Source: an uncultured Holophagaceae bacterium (GTDB taxonomy: Bacteria; Acidobacteriota; Holophagae; Holophagales; Holophagaceae). Taken from it: 64,000 nucleotides of DNA. Location: the NCBI GenBank assembly GCA_903884655.1, contig CAISFO010000017.1, positions 21,149-85,148 of the forward strand, given 5' to 3'. A program made the translations under genes and the position numbers. The notes below the pieces were generated by a model. It was given only the letters and a program-made list of their open reading frames with translations, did not search any database and had not been told where the DNA came from. Of this stretch, positions 43,239 to 52,859 are shown piece by piece (the stretch's first letter is position 1; every line of letters begins with the position of its first letter).

Positions 43239-45179
43239 TCAGGACCGCCCCACTTGGACCAGTACCGCCTTTGCCAGATCCGTAAGTGAAGGATCACGGG
43301 CACCCATCACGAGGATGAGGTCACCGTCTCTGGCTTCGGCCGCCAGCCGACCCACCAGTTCTTCGCGCGAGGGCGCCAGCTCTGCGGCCACGCCACGCTC
43401 CGCGATCTCCTGGATCACTTCAGCGCTGCCAATGTCCCGGTTGGCCGTGCCCCCGGCATAGAACACATCGAGGAACCAGAGGCGGTCCAGGGGTTGTAAC
43501 TCCTTGGCGAAGGTCTCTACGAATTCCGAACGAAGGAACTTGAGGGGGCCGAAGCCGTGGGGCTGGAAGACCGCCATTACCCGGCCGCCCGTGGCCTGGA
43601 CCCGGAGGTGGGCCGCCCGGATCGAGGCTGCCACCTTCGCGGGATTGTGGCCGAAGTCGTCCACCACCGTCACGCCCCGGTGCGTGCCCAGTACCTGGAA
43701 GCGCCTGGCAACCCCCTGGAACGCCTGGAGAGGTGCCACCATGGCCGCGAGGGGCACACCCAGGGCCTCGCAGGCAGCCATGGCCGCCAAGGCGTTCTCC
43801 ACGTTGTGCCGGCCCGGCACCGGCAGCTGGAAAACCTGGTCCTTCACCCGAAAGGTGGAACCCTCCGCATGCAGACACACATCTTCGGCCCGAAGATCCG
43901 CCTGCTCGCCAAAACCGAAGACCACCGCGGCGGGGGCGAACTCCCGCAGGTTGTCGGCTTCGCCCACCACCAGGGTCTCTCGGATCTGGGCCCGGAAGAC
44001 GCGGAACATCTCCGCCACGGCGTCCATCTCCTTGTGGTCCCGCTGCAGGTTCAGCAGCACGCCCACAGCGGGATGGTAGCGCACGACGGTGCCATCGCTT
44101 TCATCGGCCTCCACGACCAGCAGGTCAGAGGCCCCCGCCCAGGCATTGCCCCAGCGGCCCTCCCGCTGCAGCGCAACCAGCTCGCCACCGGTGATGACAG
44201 AGGGGTCCAGCCCCACGCCGCGCAGGATCTCGAAGGCCATGGCCACCGTGGTGGACTTGCCACTGGTGCCCGTCACCGCCACGGTGCGGTACCGGGCCAC
44301 GAGGTGGGCCAGGAGGTCCGAGCGATGCAGCACCGGGATGCCGAGGAGCCTGGCAGTCGCCACATCCGGCACGTCCTCTTCCACCGCAGTGGACACGATC
44401 AGGGCTGAGCAGTCGCCCTTCAGGCCAGCACCATCCTGGGGATGAATGACCACTCCCAAGGCTGCCAGCATGGCTCTGGCCTCGAGCCGCTGGCCCCGGT
44501 CGAAGCTGCGGTCGCTGCCGCTGGCACGACCCCCCTTCATGGCCACGAACTGGGCCAGGGCGCTCATGCCGCTGCCCGCCACCCCCGCGAAGTGCAGGCG
44601 CCCCAGGCCAAGACTGTCATTTCCCAGATCCCCCGCGATGAGGACGGCATCCCCCTCGGCGACGCGGTCAAAGAGATCAGCCACCGCAGTGTTAGCCAGA
44701 CGCACGCAGCCATGGGACACCGGCTGGCCAAGCAGGCTTTCCTGGTTGGTGCCGTGCAGGTAGATGAAGCGCGCCAGGGAGTCCCGCCCGGGACCGCGGT
44801 TCCAGCCTGTCTCCAAGCCATCCAGCGTCAGCACGCGAGTCAGGATGAGGTCCTCATCGCGGGGTTCGCCGTGCCAGACATCTCCCGTGGCCACACGGTT
44901 GCGAAAGACGGTTCCCCCCTCCGCACCGGCACCGATGCGCTCGTGAATGCGGTGCCAGCCCGTGGGCGTGCGATACGAATTCTCTTCACAACCCAGACCG
45001 TTCCGGGCGGTGGAGATGACAGCCTCGAATTGCAGGCGTCCGTCCTCCATCAGGCCCAGGCGCTGGGCCACCGTGTCCACCACCAGGACTCTGGAACTGC
45101 GATCCAGCGAGGGTGAGCCCTCGCGGGCCGCATTGGCGAGCAAGAGGGCGCGATACCTGGCGGCGTGCATGGGATCCAT
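43239..45179 (-). CDS. Fusion protein: YkuD (L,D-transpeptidase catalytic fold) domain + MurC-like Mur ligase
   Basis: The N-terminal roughly 185 aa carry the YkuD signature YLHGTNQESLLGQPVSHGCVRLANTAV (Cys codon at 44706..44708). The rest is a Mur ligase: FAGVAGSGMSALAQ, VAVTGTSGKSTT, EADESDGT, GRHNVENALAA, DDFGHNP. No N-terminal signal peptide or TM helix is visible. The ATG at 45179 overlaps the upstream stop (ATGA). Confidence 0.85.
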   Translation of the reverse strand: MDPMHAARYRALLLANAAREGSPSLDRSSRVLVVDTVAQRLGLMEDGRLQFEAVISTARNGLGCEENSYRTPTGWHRIHERIGAGAEGGTVFRNRVATGDVWHGEPRDEDLILTRVLTLDGLETGWNRGPGRDSLARFIYLHGTNQESLLGQPVSHGCVRLANTAVADLFDRVAEGDAVLIAGDLGNDSLGLGRLHFAGVAGSGMSALAQFVAMKGGRASGSDRSFDRGQRLEARAMLAALGVVIHPQDGAGLKGDCSALIVSTAVEEDVPDVATARLLGIPVLHRSDLLAHLVARYRTVAVTGTSGKSTTVAMAFEILRGVGLDPSVITGGELVALQREGRWGNAWAGASDLLVVEADESDGTVVRYHPAVGVLLNLQRDHKEMDAVAEMFRVFRAQIRETLVVGEADNLREFAPAAVVFGFGEQADLRAEDVCLHAEGSTFRVKDQVFQLPVPGRHNVENALAAMAACEALGVPLAAMVAPLQAFQGVARRFQVLGTHRGVTVVDDFGHNPAKVAASIRAAHLRVQATGGRVMAVFQPHGFGPLKFLRSEFVETFAKELQPLDRLWFLDVFYAGGTANRDIGSAEVIQEIAERGVAAELAPSREELVGRLAAEARDGDLILVMGARDPSLTDLAKAVLVQVGRS

Positions 45180-47125
45180 CAGGCCCCCACGATCCGCCCC
45201 GCCAAGGCGCTGGCAGCAACGGTGGCGGGACTGGCCAGCCATACCTGGCCGGGGCCGCTGCGGCCGGGGAAATTCCGGTTGATGGCGCTGATGGTCACCT
45301 GATCAGGACGGGTGGACACCCCCGGCCCGGCATTGATGCAGACCCCGCAGGAGCTCCCGAGAACCACCGCGCCCACGGCCTCGAAGGCCGCCATCCAGCC
45401 CTGCTCTGCCGCGAAGCGCCGCACGTCCTCACTGCCGCACTGCACGAAGAACTGCAAGCCTTCCGGAACACGCCGACCCTGATCGGCGGCCGGTTTCACC
45501 ACCTCGTAGGCCCGCCGCAGATCCTCGCGCTTGCCGCCGGTGCAGCTGCCCAGGTAGGCGATATCGATGGACACGGCCACACCCAGGTCCGCCAGGGCCA
45601 CGCCATGGCCCGGATCCCCAGGCCGGGCCAGCATGGGTCCCAGGGTCCCGCAATCCACCTCCAGCTTGTGAGCGTAGTCGGCACCCTCGTCCCCCCGCAT
45701 CCAGGGCTCCAGGTCCACAGCCACGCCACGCCGCTCCCGGACGAACCGCACCGTTTCTTCGTCCGGCGCGACCAGGCCCGTGAAACCGCCGATTTCCGCG
45801 GCCATGTTGGTGAGGGTGGCGCGTTCGTCGGTATCCAGGTCGAGCAGTCCTTCGCCCTGGTACTCGATGACATGGCCGATGGCGCCACCTTCGCGGATGA
45901 GGGGCTGGGCCAGCAGGTGCAGGACCAGGTCCTTGGCCGATACCCCGGACCGCAGGCGGCCCCGCAGGAGCACCCGCAAGGTGGGGGGCACGGTGACGCG
46001 CACATCCCCGGTCACCCAGGCGCAGGCGATGTCGGTGGTGCCCACGCCGAAGGCCAGGCAGCCCAGGGCCCCCGCGTGAGGCGTATGAGAATCCGTGCCC
46101 ACGATCACCTGGCCCGGGCAGGCGTAGCGCTCGGCCATGATCGCGTGGCAGATGCCTTCGCTGCCGGAACCATCCAGGAGTTCACCGTGGAGCCGGATGC
46201 CGTGCTTCGCGCAGAAGTCCTCCTGGGCGGGCTTCAACCGTTCGGCCACGGTCAGCAGGCCCAGCGCCCGGTGCTCCGCCTTCATGCTGTGGTGCAGGAA
46301 GGTGAGGTGGTCCCGGAAGGCCAGGATGCTTCCGGGATCCCGGAGCACGGTGGCCGGCCCCAGAGCCTTCTCGAGGAAGCTCGCGGCCATGGGCGTGACG
46401 TATTCGTGGCTGAAGCGCCAATCAGCCTGCACGAATAGGCCGTCACCGGGCCTGACCACGGGAAGCCCGATGACTCGGTCGGCCGCATTCACGACCGTGT
46501 GGCGGGCCAGCAGTTTTTCCGCATAGGTCATGGGGCGCGGCCCATGCTCCGGCAGGGGCGGCACCACCTCGCCTCTGAGCCGGGCCGCGTTGTAGGCGAA
46601 GAGGCCGCCCCGGCGCACGATCTCGGCGGTGACAGGATCCAGGCCAGCGGTGAACTCGACCAGGGGTATGGCTTCGCCCCGCCGGAGCCGCGGGATCAGG
46701 CCGAAGTCCGTGCTGGTAAGCAGCCCCAGGTTCTGGGCGTTCTGGCGGTAGATGCGCTCGAAGCTCTCGGCGATCACCAGCCGGATCCCCGCGCATTGTT
46801 CCGCGTAGGGACTCGCTTCCCGGCTGCTGCCCTTGCCCCGGCGCCTGCCCGCCACGCTGACGGAGAATCCACCGGCGCGGACGGAGCCTGCTGTGATCGG
46901 AAAAGCCTCACCGCACTTCAGCCCCAGGTAGGGGAAGTCCCCCAGTTTCTCGTCAAAGTGGTAGCAGATGTAGGCCGGCGTGATCTCGTCCGTGCTGATC
47001 TGGTCCCGGAGGGGCAAGGTCTGATCCAGCCCAAGGTCCTCGCCCGCAAGCTGACGGCTCATGTGGTCCGCATCCGCGGAAAGGAAGAGAACTCGGCCAT
47101 CGAAGCGGACAGGGTCAGACTGCAT
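45179..47125 (-). CDS. Aconitase/3-isopropylmalate dehydratase family protein, swivel (LeuD-like) domain N-terminal to catalytic (LeuC-like) domains
   Basis: The N-terminal swivel domain has GRRRGKGSSREASPYAEQCAGIRLVIAESFERIYRQNAQNLGLL. The catalytic part follows with VGTDSHTPHAGALG, YLGSCTGGKRED, SSCGVCINAG and NRNFPGRSG. Confidence 0.85.
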   Translation of the reverse strand: MQSDPVRFDGRVLFLSADADHMSRQLAGEDLGLDQTLPLRDQISTDEITPAYICYHFDEKLGDFPYLGLKCGEAFPITAGSVRAGGFSVSVAGRRRGKGSSREASPYAEQCAGIRLVIAESFERIYRQNAQNLGLLTSTDFGLIPRLRRGEAIPLVEFTAGLDPVTAEIVRRGGLFAYNAARLRGEVVPPLPEHGPRPMTYAEKLLARHTVVNAADRVIGLPVVRPGDGLFVQADWRFSHEYVTPMAASFLEKALGPATVLRDPGSILAFRDHLTFLHHSMKAEHRALGLLTVAERLKPAQEDFCAKHGIRLHGELLDGSGSEGICHAIMAERYACPGQVIVGTDSHTPHAGALGCLAFGVGTTDIACAWVTGDVRVTVPPTLRVLLRGRLRSGVSAKDLVLHLLAQPLIREGGAIGHVIEYQGEGLLDLDTDERATLTNMAAEIGGFTGLVAPDEETVRFVRERRGVAVDLEPWMRGDEGADYAHKLEVDCGTLGPMLARPGDPGHGVALADLGVAVSIDIAYLGSCTGGKREDLRRAYEVVKPAADQGRRVPEGLQFFVQCGSEDVRRFAAEQGWMAAFEAVGAVVLGSSCGVCINAGPGVSTRPDQVTISAINRNFPGRSGPGQVWLASPATVAASALAGRIVGA

Positions 47126-47263
47126 GGCTCCAGGGTACGACAGGAACCGGCCCCTTGCCGGAACTGCGGACCAGCCGGGCGGCCCGAATGAACGGATTTT
47201 CCTGAGTCAGCTTCAACCATTTGCGCTATAAAGGTCCGCAAACAAAGACCCACAGGAGGCGTC

Positions 47264-49234
47264 ATGCACGCCCGGTCCTTTTTCATCGGCCTGGCCTGGC
47301 TGGCCCTGACTCTGTGCCGGGCCCAGGAGGCACCCCCCGTGGCTCCACCACCAGCCCCCTCCCAGGACCACCTGGATGGAGGGCTGCTGCAGCCTCAGTG
47401 GTTCGGCCCGGGCCCCGTCTGGACCCGGGACTGGCAGGCGGACTTTTTCTGGGCGAAGCCCGGCGTGCGCCTGGACCCGCCCGCCATCTACCTCCACCCC
47501 TGGGAAGAGCCGAAGTTTCTGACTCGGAAGGATCCCCTGGACTACGCCTCGGGCTGGGAGGGTGCGGAGTTCCTTCAGACCATGCTCCGAACGCGTCTGA
47601 GCGGGCTCCCTGGATTGCGGGTTGTCGCCTCGCCGTCCGAGACGCCCTACCACGCCATGGGGCGGATCGTGGAGGCCACCCACATCCGCCAGGGAGCCGT
47701 CGCCACCTTCGGCCCCCTCGCGGGCCTCCCCACCTTCACCTGGGACTTCAAGGTGGTGGATGTCCGCACGGGTGACGTGCTGCTGGGCTCCCATCACCGC
47801 AGCGTCTGGGCCCCGGCATCTGCCTGGATCTCGGTCCTCGAGCAGCCGATGCGCCAGATGGTCGGGTTGCCACCCACCCCGGAGTGGAAACAGCCTCCTG
47901 GAGCCCAGGAGGAGGAGGACGGCAGCTGGACCTGGGTGGCGCCAGATCTGCTCCTTTCACCAGGTTGCCTGGAAGCCGGGCCATGGTCGGCTGAAACGGA
48001 CCGGTCGGCGAAGTTCAATCTCGGCTTCGCAACCGGCAATGCCCTGCGTGCGGAGCAGTGCCTCCGGGTCAGGCTGGCCCGCTCGAGGCTGGGCAGGCGC
48101 GGTGAAGGCGTGCCGGCCTTCCTGCTCACGGGAAGAACCTTCAGCTCGATGAAGTACCTTTTGCTTCGCTACCGGGCCCAGGTGACCGAAGTGGCCACAG
48201 GCCGGGTCGTTGTCCAGCTCGAGCTCCGCCAGCCGTTCGGCTTCTCGCCAGCATCGATCTCGGAGCAGGTGGCCGAGCGGATTGTCGCCCGCCTGGAGGT
48301 GTTGCAGGAGGGCGTGGTCAAGCCCCCTGCCTCAGGGCCAGAGGCCAGCATGGCCAGGGCTCAAACCGTGCCAGAGCCAGGACCCACGGGACAAGGCAGC
48401 CTCCTGACCTTGAATTCCGTGGGCAATCAAGGTGAGGCGGGTCGTCTTCCTGCGACTCCAACGCCGGATAAGAGCATGGAGAATCCTCAGCCGGGGCGTC
48501 CAGTGCCAGACCTAGGCGCAACTGTGTCTGAGTCGGTGAGCGCTGATGTGGAGAAGCGCGTTCCGAGTGATCCATCCCGAAGTCCTTTGACCGACAGGGT
48601 GGTGACGGCCGCTGCAGCCCAGGCCCCAGCGCGTCCCTGGGAGGGATTGGACCGCCTCGCTCCCGCAGCTGGAGGGGTGGACAAGGCCTGGGTGAGCCCT
48701 CTGCTGGAGCTGTCTGGGCGGACCCTCCTGGTGGGTGAGTGGAGCGAGCCCACGCTGAAACCCGAAGCCGACAGCTATGATCGCCAGGTGGCCAGCTCCA
48801 TCTCAGCGCGGGCGCCAGCCTGGCTTTATGGCGCGCTGGCAGCGCACCCAGATCGCGGCTTCAAGATCAACCGGCAGGAAGGCGATCTGCGATTGGAGGG
48901 CCGCGTGGTGCACCTCTACCAGCCGGACCGGTCCAAGATTTCGACGATGATGGGCCAGGCATTCACGTTAGGCCTGTCTACCAAAGCCGAGGGAATACTC
49001 CAACTGCGTGTTGTGGACATGGCCACCGGTACGACCCTCGCCTTGGTCGAAGAGAACCTGGGCAGCTTCCAGATGGCCTCCACGGGCATTCCCTACAAGG
49101 CCTTCAAGTGGCTGGCCCAGGACCTGGTGCCCTGGCTCCTCAGGGAAGGCCTTCGCCCGGATCAGCCAAAATCCGCTCCGGCAGAGGTACCTCAGGTCGA
49201 CCCGAAGGGAACCCCGGCTCAGCCCAGCTCGTGA
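47264..49234 (+). CDS. Secreted hypothetical protein with three related small beta domains
   Basis: It has a signal peptide (FFIGLAWLALTLCRAQEA). Three segments share the pattern G-R-V...VVD-x-x-TG (GRIVEATH...FKVVDVRTGDVLL; QVTEVATGRVVVQLEL; LEGRVVHLYQ...LRVVDMATGTTLAL). A Pro/Ser-rich linker is also present. Confidence 0.65.
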   Translation: MHARSFFIGLAWLALTLCRAQEAPPVAPPPAPSQDHLDGGLLQPQWFGPGPVWTRDWQADFFWAKPGVRLDPPAIYLHPWEEPKFLTRKDPLDYASGWEGAEFLQTMLRTRLSGLPGLRVVASPSETPYHAMGRIVEATHIRQGAVATFGPLAGLPTFTWDFKVVDVRTGDVLLGSHHRSVWAPASAWISVLEQPMRQMVGLPPTPEWKQPPGAQEEEDGSWTWVAPDLLLSPGCLEAGPWSAETDRSAKFNLGFATGNALRAEQCLRVRLARSRLGRRGEGVPAFLLTGRTFSSMKYLLLRYRAQVTEVATGRVVVQLELRQPFGFSPASISEQVAERIVARLEVLQEGVVKPPASGPEASMARAQTVPEPGPTGQGSLLTLNSVGNQGEAGRLPATPTPDKSMENPQPGRPVPDLGATVSESVSADVEKRVPSDPSRSPLTDRVVTAAAAQAPARPWEGLDRLAPAAGGVDKAWVSPLLELSGRTLLVGEWSEPTLKPEADSYDRQVASSISARAPAWLYGALAAHPDRGFKINRQEGDLRLEGRVVHLYQPDRSKISTMMGQAFTLGLSTKAEGILQLRVVDMATGTTLALVEENLGSFQMASTGIPYKAFKWLAQDLVPWLLREGLRPDQPKSAPAEVPQVDPKGTPAQPSS

Positions 49235-49410
49235 AGGACCCGCCATCCAGCAGCCTGTCCTTGGGTAATGACGTTCGGGTCCCCGGTGGCTGCCGCACCT
49301 TGCAGATGCGCAGCAACTTACCTGTAGTCAGGGCCAGAAAAGGTGCGCACTGCAAGCGGCACAAGGGTTAGGATCGCCAGGAATGCACCTCCAAACGACA
49401 GGAGTGAACC

Positions 49411-51669
49411 ATGAATGCCTTCGAGGCCGATCTCCAGGCCACCCAGTCCTACTTCGACCGCCCACGGTTCACCGGAATCCGGCGGCTCTTCTCTCCGCGG
49501 CAGGTGGTCGAGCAGCGGGGCCTCATCGCCCAGGACTACACCGTGGCGCGAGAGGCCGCCGAAGCCTTCCATGCCAGGCTCCGGGAGCTGTTCTCATCCC
49601 AAAAGTCCATCACCACCTTCGGGCCCTATTCACCGGGCCAGGCCGTGGCCATGAAGCGCAAGGGCATTGAGGGGATCTACCTGGGAGGCTGGGCCACGTC
49701 GGCCAAGGGATCCGTGTCTGAGGATCCCGGGCCGGATCTGGCCAGCTACCCGCTCTCCCAGGTTCCCGACGAAGCCTCTGGGCTGGTCAGGGCCCTGCTC
49801 ACCGCGGACCGCAACCAGCGTTTCCTCCGCGCCCGGATGTCCCCCGATGTGGCCGCCGCCACACCCGAAATCGACTTCCGCCCCTTCATCATCGCGGACG
49901 CCGACACCGGGCACGGCGGGGATCCCCATGTCCGCAACCTGGTCCGCCGCTTCGTCGAGGCAGGCGTCCCTGGCTACCACATCGAGGACCAGCGTCCGGG
50001 CACCAAGAAGTGCGGCCACCAGGGCGGCAAGGTGCTGGTGCCCTCTGACGAGCAGATCAAGCGGCTCAATGCGGCCCGCTTCCAGCTCGACGTCATGCGG
50101 GTGCCCGGCATCATCGTGGCCCGCACGGATGCGGAAGCGGCCAACCTCCTGGAAAGCCGGAGTGATGAGCGGGACCAGCCCTTCATCCTCGGGGCGACCA
50201 ATCCCTTCGTGCCTTCCTACAAGACCTGCATCCTCGCCCTGCACCGCCGGTTCTACGCCCTGGGTGTCACCGAGCTCAACGGGCACCTGCTCTACGAGAT
50301 CCCCGAGTTCCAGTGCGCCGCCGCCGACGCCTGGCTGGAGCGGTCCGGGCTGGAATCCGTCATCGCGGAGCATGCCGCCGCCTGGCAGAAGGGTGCCTTC
50401 GTCCATCTCGACGCCATGTTCGACAAGGTCGAGTCCCGCTTCATCGAGGCCTGGGAGGCCGATGCTGGGCTGGAGACCTACGGCGACGCCGTGGCCGAGG
50501 TCCTGGCCTTCAGGATCTCCGAGGGCGAGACCTTCCCGATCACCCTGGAAGCCTGGAATGCCTTCGCCCACACCGCTTCCCTGGGGGCCGCCCAGGAGCG
50601 GGCCGAGCGGCTTGGACTCTTCGTGACCTGGGACTGCGAAACCGCCAAGACCGCCGAGGGCTACTACCAGGTCCGCGGCGGCATCCCCTACGCCATCGCA
50701 AAGTCCCTGGCGGCCGCCCCCTTCGCGGACATCCTCTGGATGGAGACCAAGACGGCGGATCTGGCCGACGCCAAGGTCTTTGCGGACGCCATCCATGCGG
50801 TCTTCCCGGACAAGATGCTCGCCTACAACCTGTCTCCCTCCTTCAGCTGGGATTCCACGGGCATGAGCGAGGACGACATGCGCCGCTTCCCTGAAGAACT
50901 CGGGAAGCTGGGCTTCGTCTTCAACTTCATCACCTATGGCGGCCACCAGGTCGACGGCCTGGCGGCGGAGGACTTCGCCACCGCCCTGCAGCAGGACGGC
51001 ATGCTGGCCCTGGCCACCCTCCAGCGGAAGTTCCGGATGCTGGAGTCCCCCTACCGGACCCCCCAGACCCTGGTGGGCGGCCCCCGGCTGGATGCGGCCC
51101 TGGCCGCCTCCTCGGGCCGGACCTCGACCACCAAGGCCATGGGCAAGGGCTCGACCCAGCACCAGCACCTGATCCAGACCGAGGTCCCGAAAAAGGTTCT
51201 GGAGGACTGGCTGGGCATCTGGAAGGAACACTACGGGATCCAGGACGGCCTGGGTGTCACCCTGCTGCCGCATCGGGCTGGTTCAGAGCTGCTGGAGCTC
51301 AGTGTCATCGGCAAGGGCGGGGAGAAGCACGCCAACCTGATCTTCGCCCCGATCCGGGACCGCCGGGGCCGCAGCATCCTGTCCGTCCGGGACCAGAACA
51401 CCTTCTCAGAGCTGCTTCGCAAAAAGCGGCTCATGACCCTGGTCCATCTCTACCTGATCCACCGCTACAAGGTGGATTCTGTCCACTACGTCACTCCCAC
51501 CGAGGACAACCAGTACCAGGCGGGCAAGATGCGGGAACAGGGGCTCTTCACCGAAGTGGGTCAGGAGGTCGGGCAGATCATCGTCGCCGACGTCAATCCG
51601 GAGCGGGTCAAGGCCCTGCTCGATCCTGGGAAGGACGCCCTCCGGAAGCTCATCAGGAAGGAGAGCTGA
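49411..51669 (+). CDS. aceA: Isocitrate lyase, long (ICL2-type) form
   Basis: It has [11 protein letters not shown] and the catalytic loop [22 protein letters not shown]. At 752 aa it carries the extra domains characteristic of long ICL isoforms. Confidence 0.93.
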   Translation: MNAFEADLQATQSYFDRPRFTGIRRLFSPRQVVEQRGLIAQDYTVAREAAEAFHARLRELFSSQKSITTFGPYSPGQAVAMKRKGIEGIYLGGWATSAKGSVSEDPGPDLASYPLSQVPDEASGLVRALLTADRNQRFLRARMSPDVAAATPEIDFRPFIIADADTGHGGDPHVRNLVRRFVEAGVPGYHIEDQRPGTKKCGHQGGKVLVPSDEQIKRLNAARFQLDVMRVPGIIVARTDAEAANLLESRSDERDQPFILGATNPFVPSYKTCILALHRRFYALGVTELNGHLLYEIPEFQCAAADAWLERSGLESVIAEHAAAWQKGAFVHLDAMFDKVESRFIEAWEADAGLETYGDAVAEVLAFRISEGETFPITLEAWNAFAHTASLGAAQERAERLGLFVTWDCETAKTAEGYYQVRGGIPYAIAKSLAAAPFADILWMETKTADLADAKVFADAIHAVFPDKMLAYNLSPSFSWDSTGMSEDDMRRFPEELGKLGFVFNFITYGGHQVDGLAAEDFATALQQDGMLALATLQRKFRMLESPYRTPQTLVGGPRLDAALAASSGRTSTTKAMGKGSTQHQHLIQTEVPKKVLEDWLGIWKEHYGIQDGLGVTLLPHRAGSELLELSVIGKGGEKHANLIFAPIRDRRGRSILSVRDQNTFSELLRKKRLMTLVHLYLIHRYKVDSVHYVTPTEDNQYQAGKMREQGLFTEVGQEVGQIIVADVNPERVKALLDPGKDALRKLIRKES

Positions 51670-51709
51670 GGCTTGGATTGAAAGGTCCGATTCCTGGTCC
51701 AAAGGAAAA

Positions 51710-51739
51710 GCAGAAGGCCCCCGGGCGGGGGCCTTCTGC
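51710..51739. terminator. Bidirectional stem-loop terminator between aceA and DUF1292 gene
   Basis: Stem GCAGAAGGCCCCC, loop GGGC, stem GGGGGCCTTCTGC: a perfect 13-bp stem between convergent genes. Confidence 0.7.
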
Positions 51740-51757
51740 TTGGCTGAACAAACCAGA

Positions 51758-52105
51758 TTAGTCCTTTTCTTCTTCGGCTTTGAGCTTGGCTTCCTGCTCA
51801 TCAAGGTGCTTCATGAGGCGCTCGGCCAGTTCCTCGTCGTCCAGGGGGGTGAACATGTCGTCCTTCACCTCGAAGATCTCCAGGCTCAAGCCCTCCTCGG
51901 GGTCGGCCTTTCCTTCCTCCTGCGCCTGCAACTCGGCCAGAGGCGCGAGGATGGCGAAGTTGCGGCCCTCGAACGCGAGCTCTTCCAGGATCGCGAACTC
52001 CTCCTTCTCGCCGTTCTCGTCTTCTAGCTCAACGACTTCGATCTCGAAGGAATCGTCGTGGTCGTGGTTGCAGTCCGGTCCGTGTTCGTGACCCTCGTGA
52101 GCCAT
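51758..52105 (-). CDS. DUF1292 family protein with His/Asp-rich N-terminus
   Basis: The ATG at 52105 is preceded by AAGGAGGAG. The acidic protein has ENGEKEEFAILEELAFEGRNFAILAP...EIFEVKDDMFTPLDDEE, typical of DUF1292. The N-terminus is HEGHEHGPDCNHDHDD. Confidence 0.75.
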   Translation of the reverse strand: MAHEGHEHGPDCNHDHDDSFEIEVVELEDENGEKEEFAILEELAFEGRNFAILAPLAELQAQEEGKADPEEGLSLEIFEVKDDMFTPLDDEELAERLMKHLDEQEAKLKAEEEKD

Positions 52106-52180
52106 GGGCTCCTCCTTGCGCAAGGGTCAAGAATAAGGTCGAATTGCCCTCCGGCCAAGGAAAGAAACGCGAAGCACCGG

Positions 52181-52858
52181 CTACTGGAGACGCGCTTCAC
52201 CGGGCCCCGTGACGATGGCTGTGACCGGCCGGCGGCCCCCGGGCGTTTCCAGGTGGACACGATCACCAAGTCCCGCCTTGCTCTTGGCCGTGGTGTCCAC
52301 GGTGATCGTCAGGGCTTCGCGGGTGGCCGTCAGGCGGACCTTGTCGCCCGACTGCACCAGGGGAATGGATTCCAGATCCGCCCGGGTCAGGATCTTGCCC
52401 GAGGCCACGGAGCGCATGAGCCGCTGACCCTCGGGAATGACTGTCAGGAATCCCTGCGGTGGTACGCCTTCGAATGGACTCGTCTCGACCTGGTCCGCGG
52501 TCAGCTCGGTTTGACGGGTCAGGTCGCCCTTGGCCCGCAGCACTGTGCCCACCCAGCTGCCCTCCAGGTCCACTCGGGTCATGCCGATCCTTTCGCCGTC
52601 CACCTTGATGTTCATCACCACGAAGAACCGGCCCAGCGGATCATGCTTGCTCAAGTGCGAGGGTTCGAAGGTCAAGTTGCCCTGGCGGGTTCGGGGCACC
52701 CGGGGGGGCTGTGCCACTTTGAAGGTATGCAGGCCACCCAGCTTCTCGGCTTCCGACTTGGCGAAGGTCAAGGCCACATCGGCCATGCGTTCGGCCGAGG
52801 AGACCGGTGCCTGTGCCACGAGGGTCGGCGCAAGGAGGAGCAGGGCGAGGGCACGCAT
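52181..52858 (-). CDS. flgA: Flagellar basal body P-ring formation protein FlgA
   Basis: It has a signal peptide and a C-terminal SAF domain (RSVASGKILTRADLESIPLVQSGDKVRLTA...GDRVHLETPGGRRPVTAIVTGPGEA). Confidence 0.8.
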   Translation of the reverse strand: MRALALLLLAPTLVAQAPVSSAERMADVALTFAKSEAEKLGGLHTFKVAQPPRVPRTRQGNLTFEPSHLSKHDPLGRFFVVMNIKVDGERIGMTRVDLEGSWVGTVLRAKGDLTRQTELTADQVETSPFEGVPPQGFLTVIPEGQRLMRSVASGKILTRADLESIPLVQSGDKVRLTATREALTITVDTTAKSKAGLGDRVHLETPGGRRPVTAIVTGPGEARLQ

Positions 52859-52859
52859 G

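Noticed and set aside
45113-51273. ORFs 45113..46438 plus strand (441 aa), 46499..47191 plus strand, and 49630..51273 minus strand (547 aa).
   Set aside because: They are antisense to the aconitase-family gene and to isocitrate lyase.
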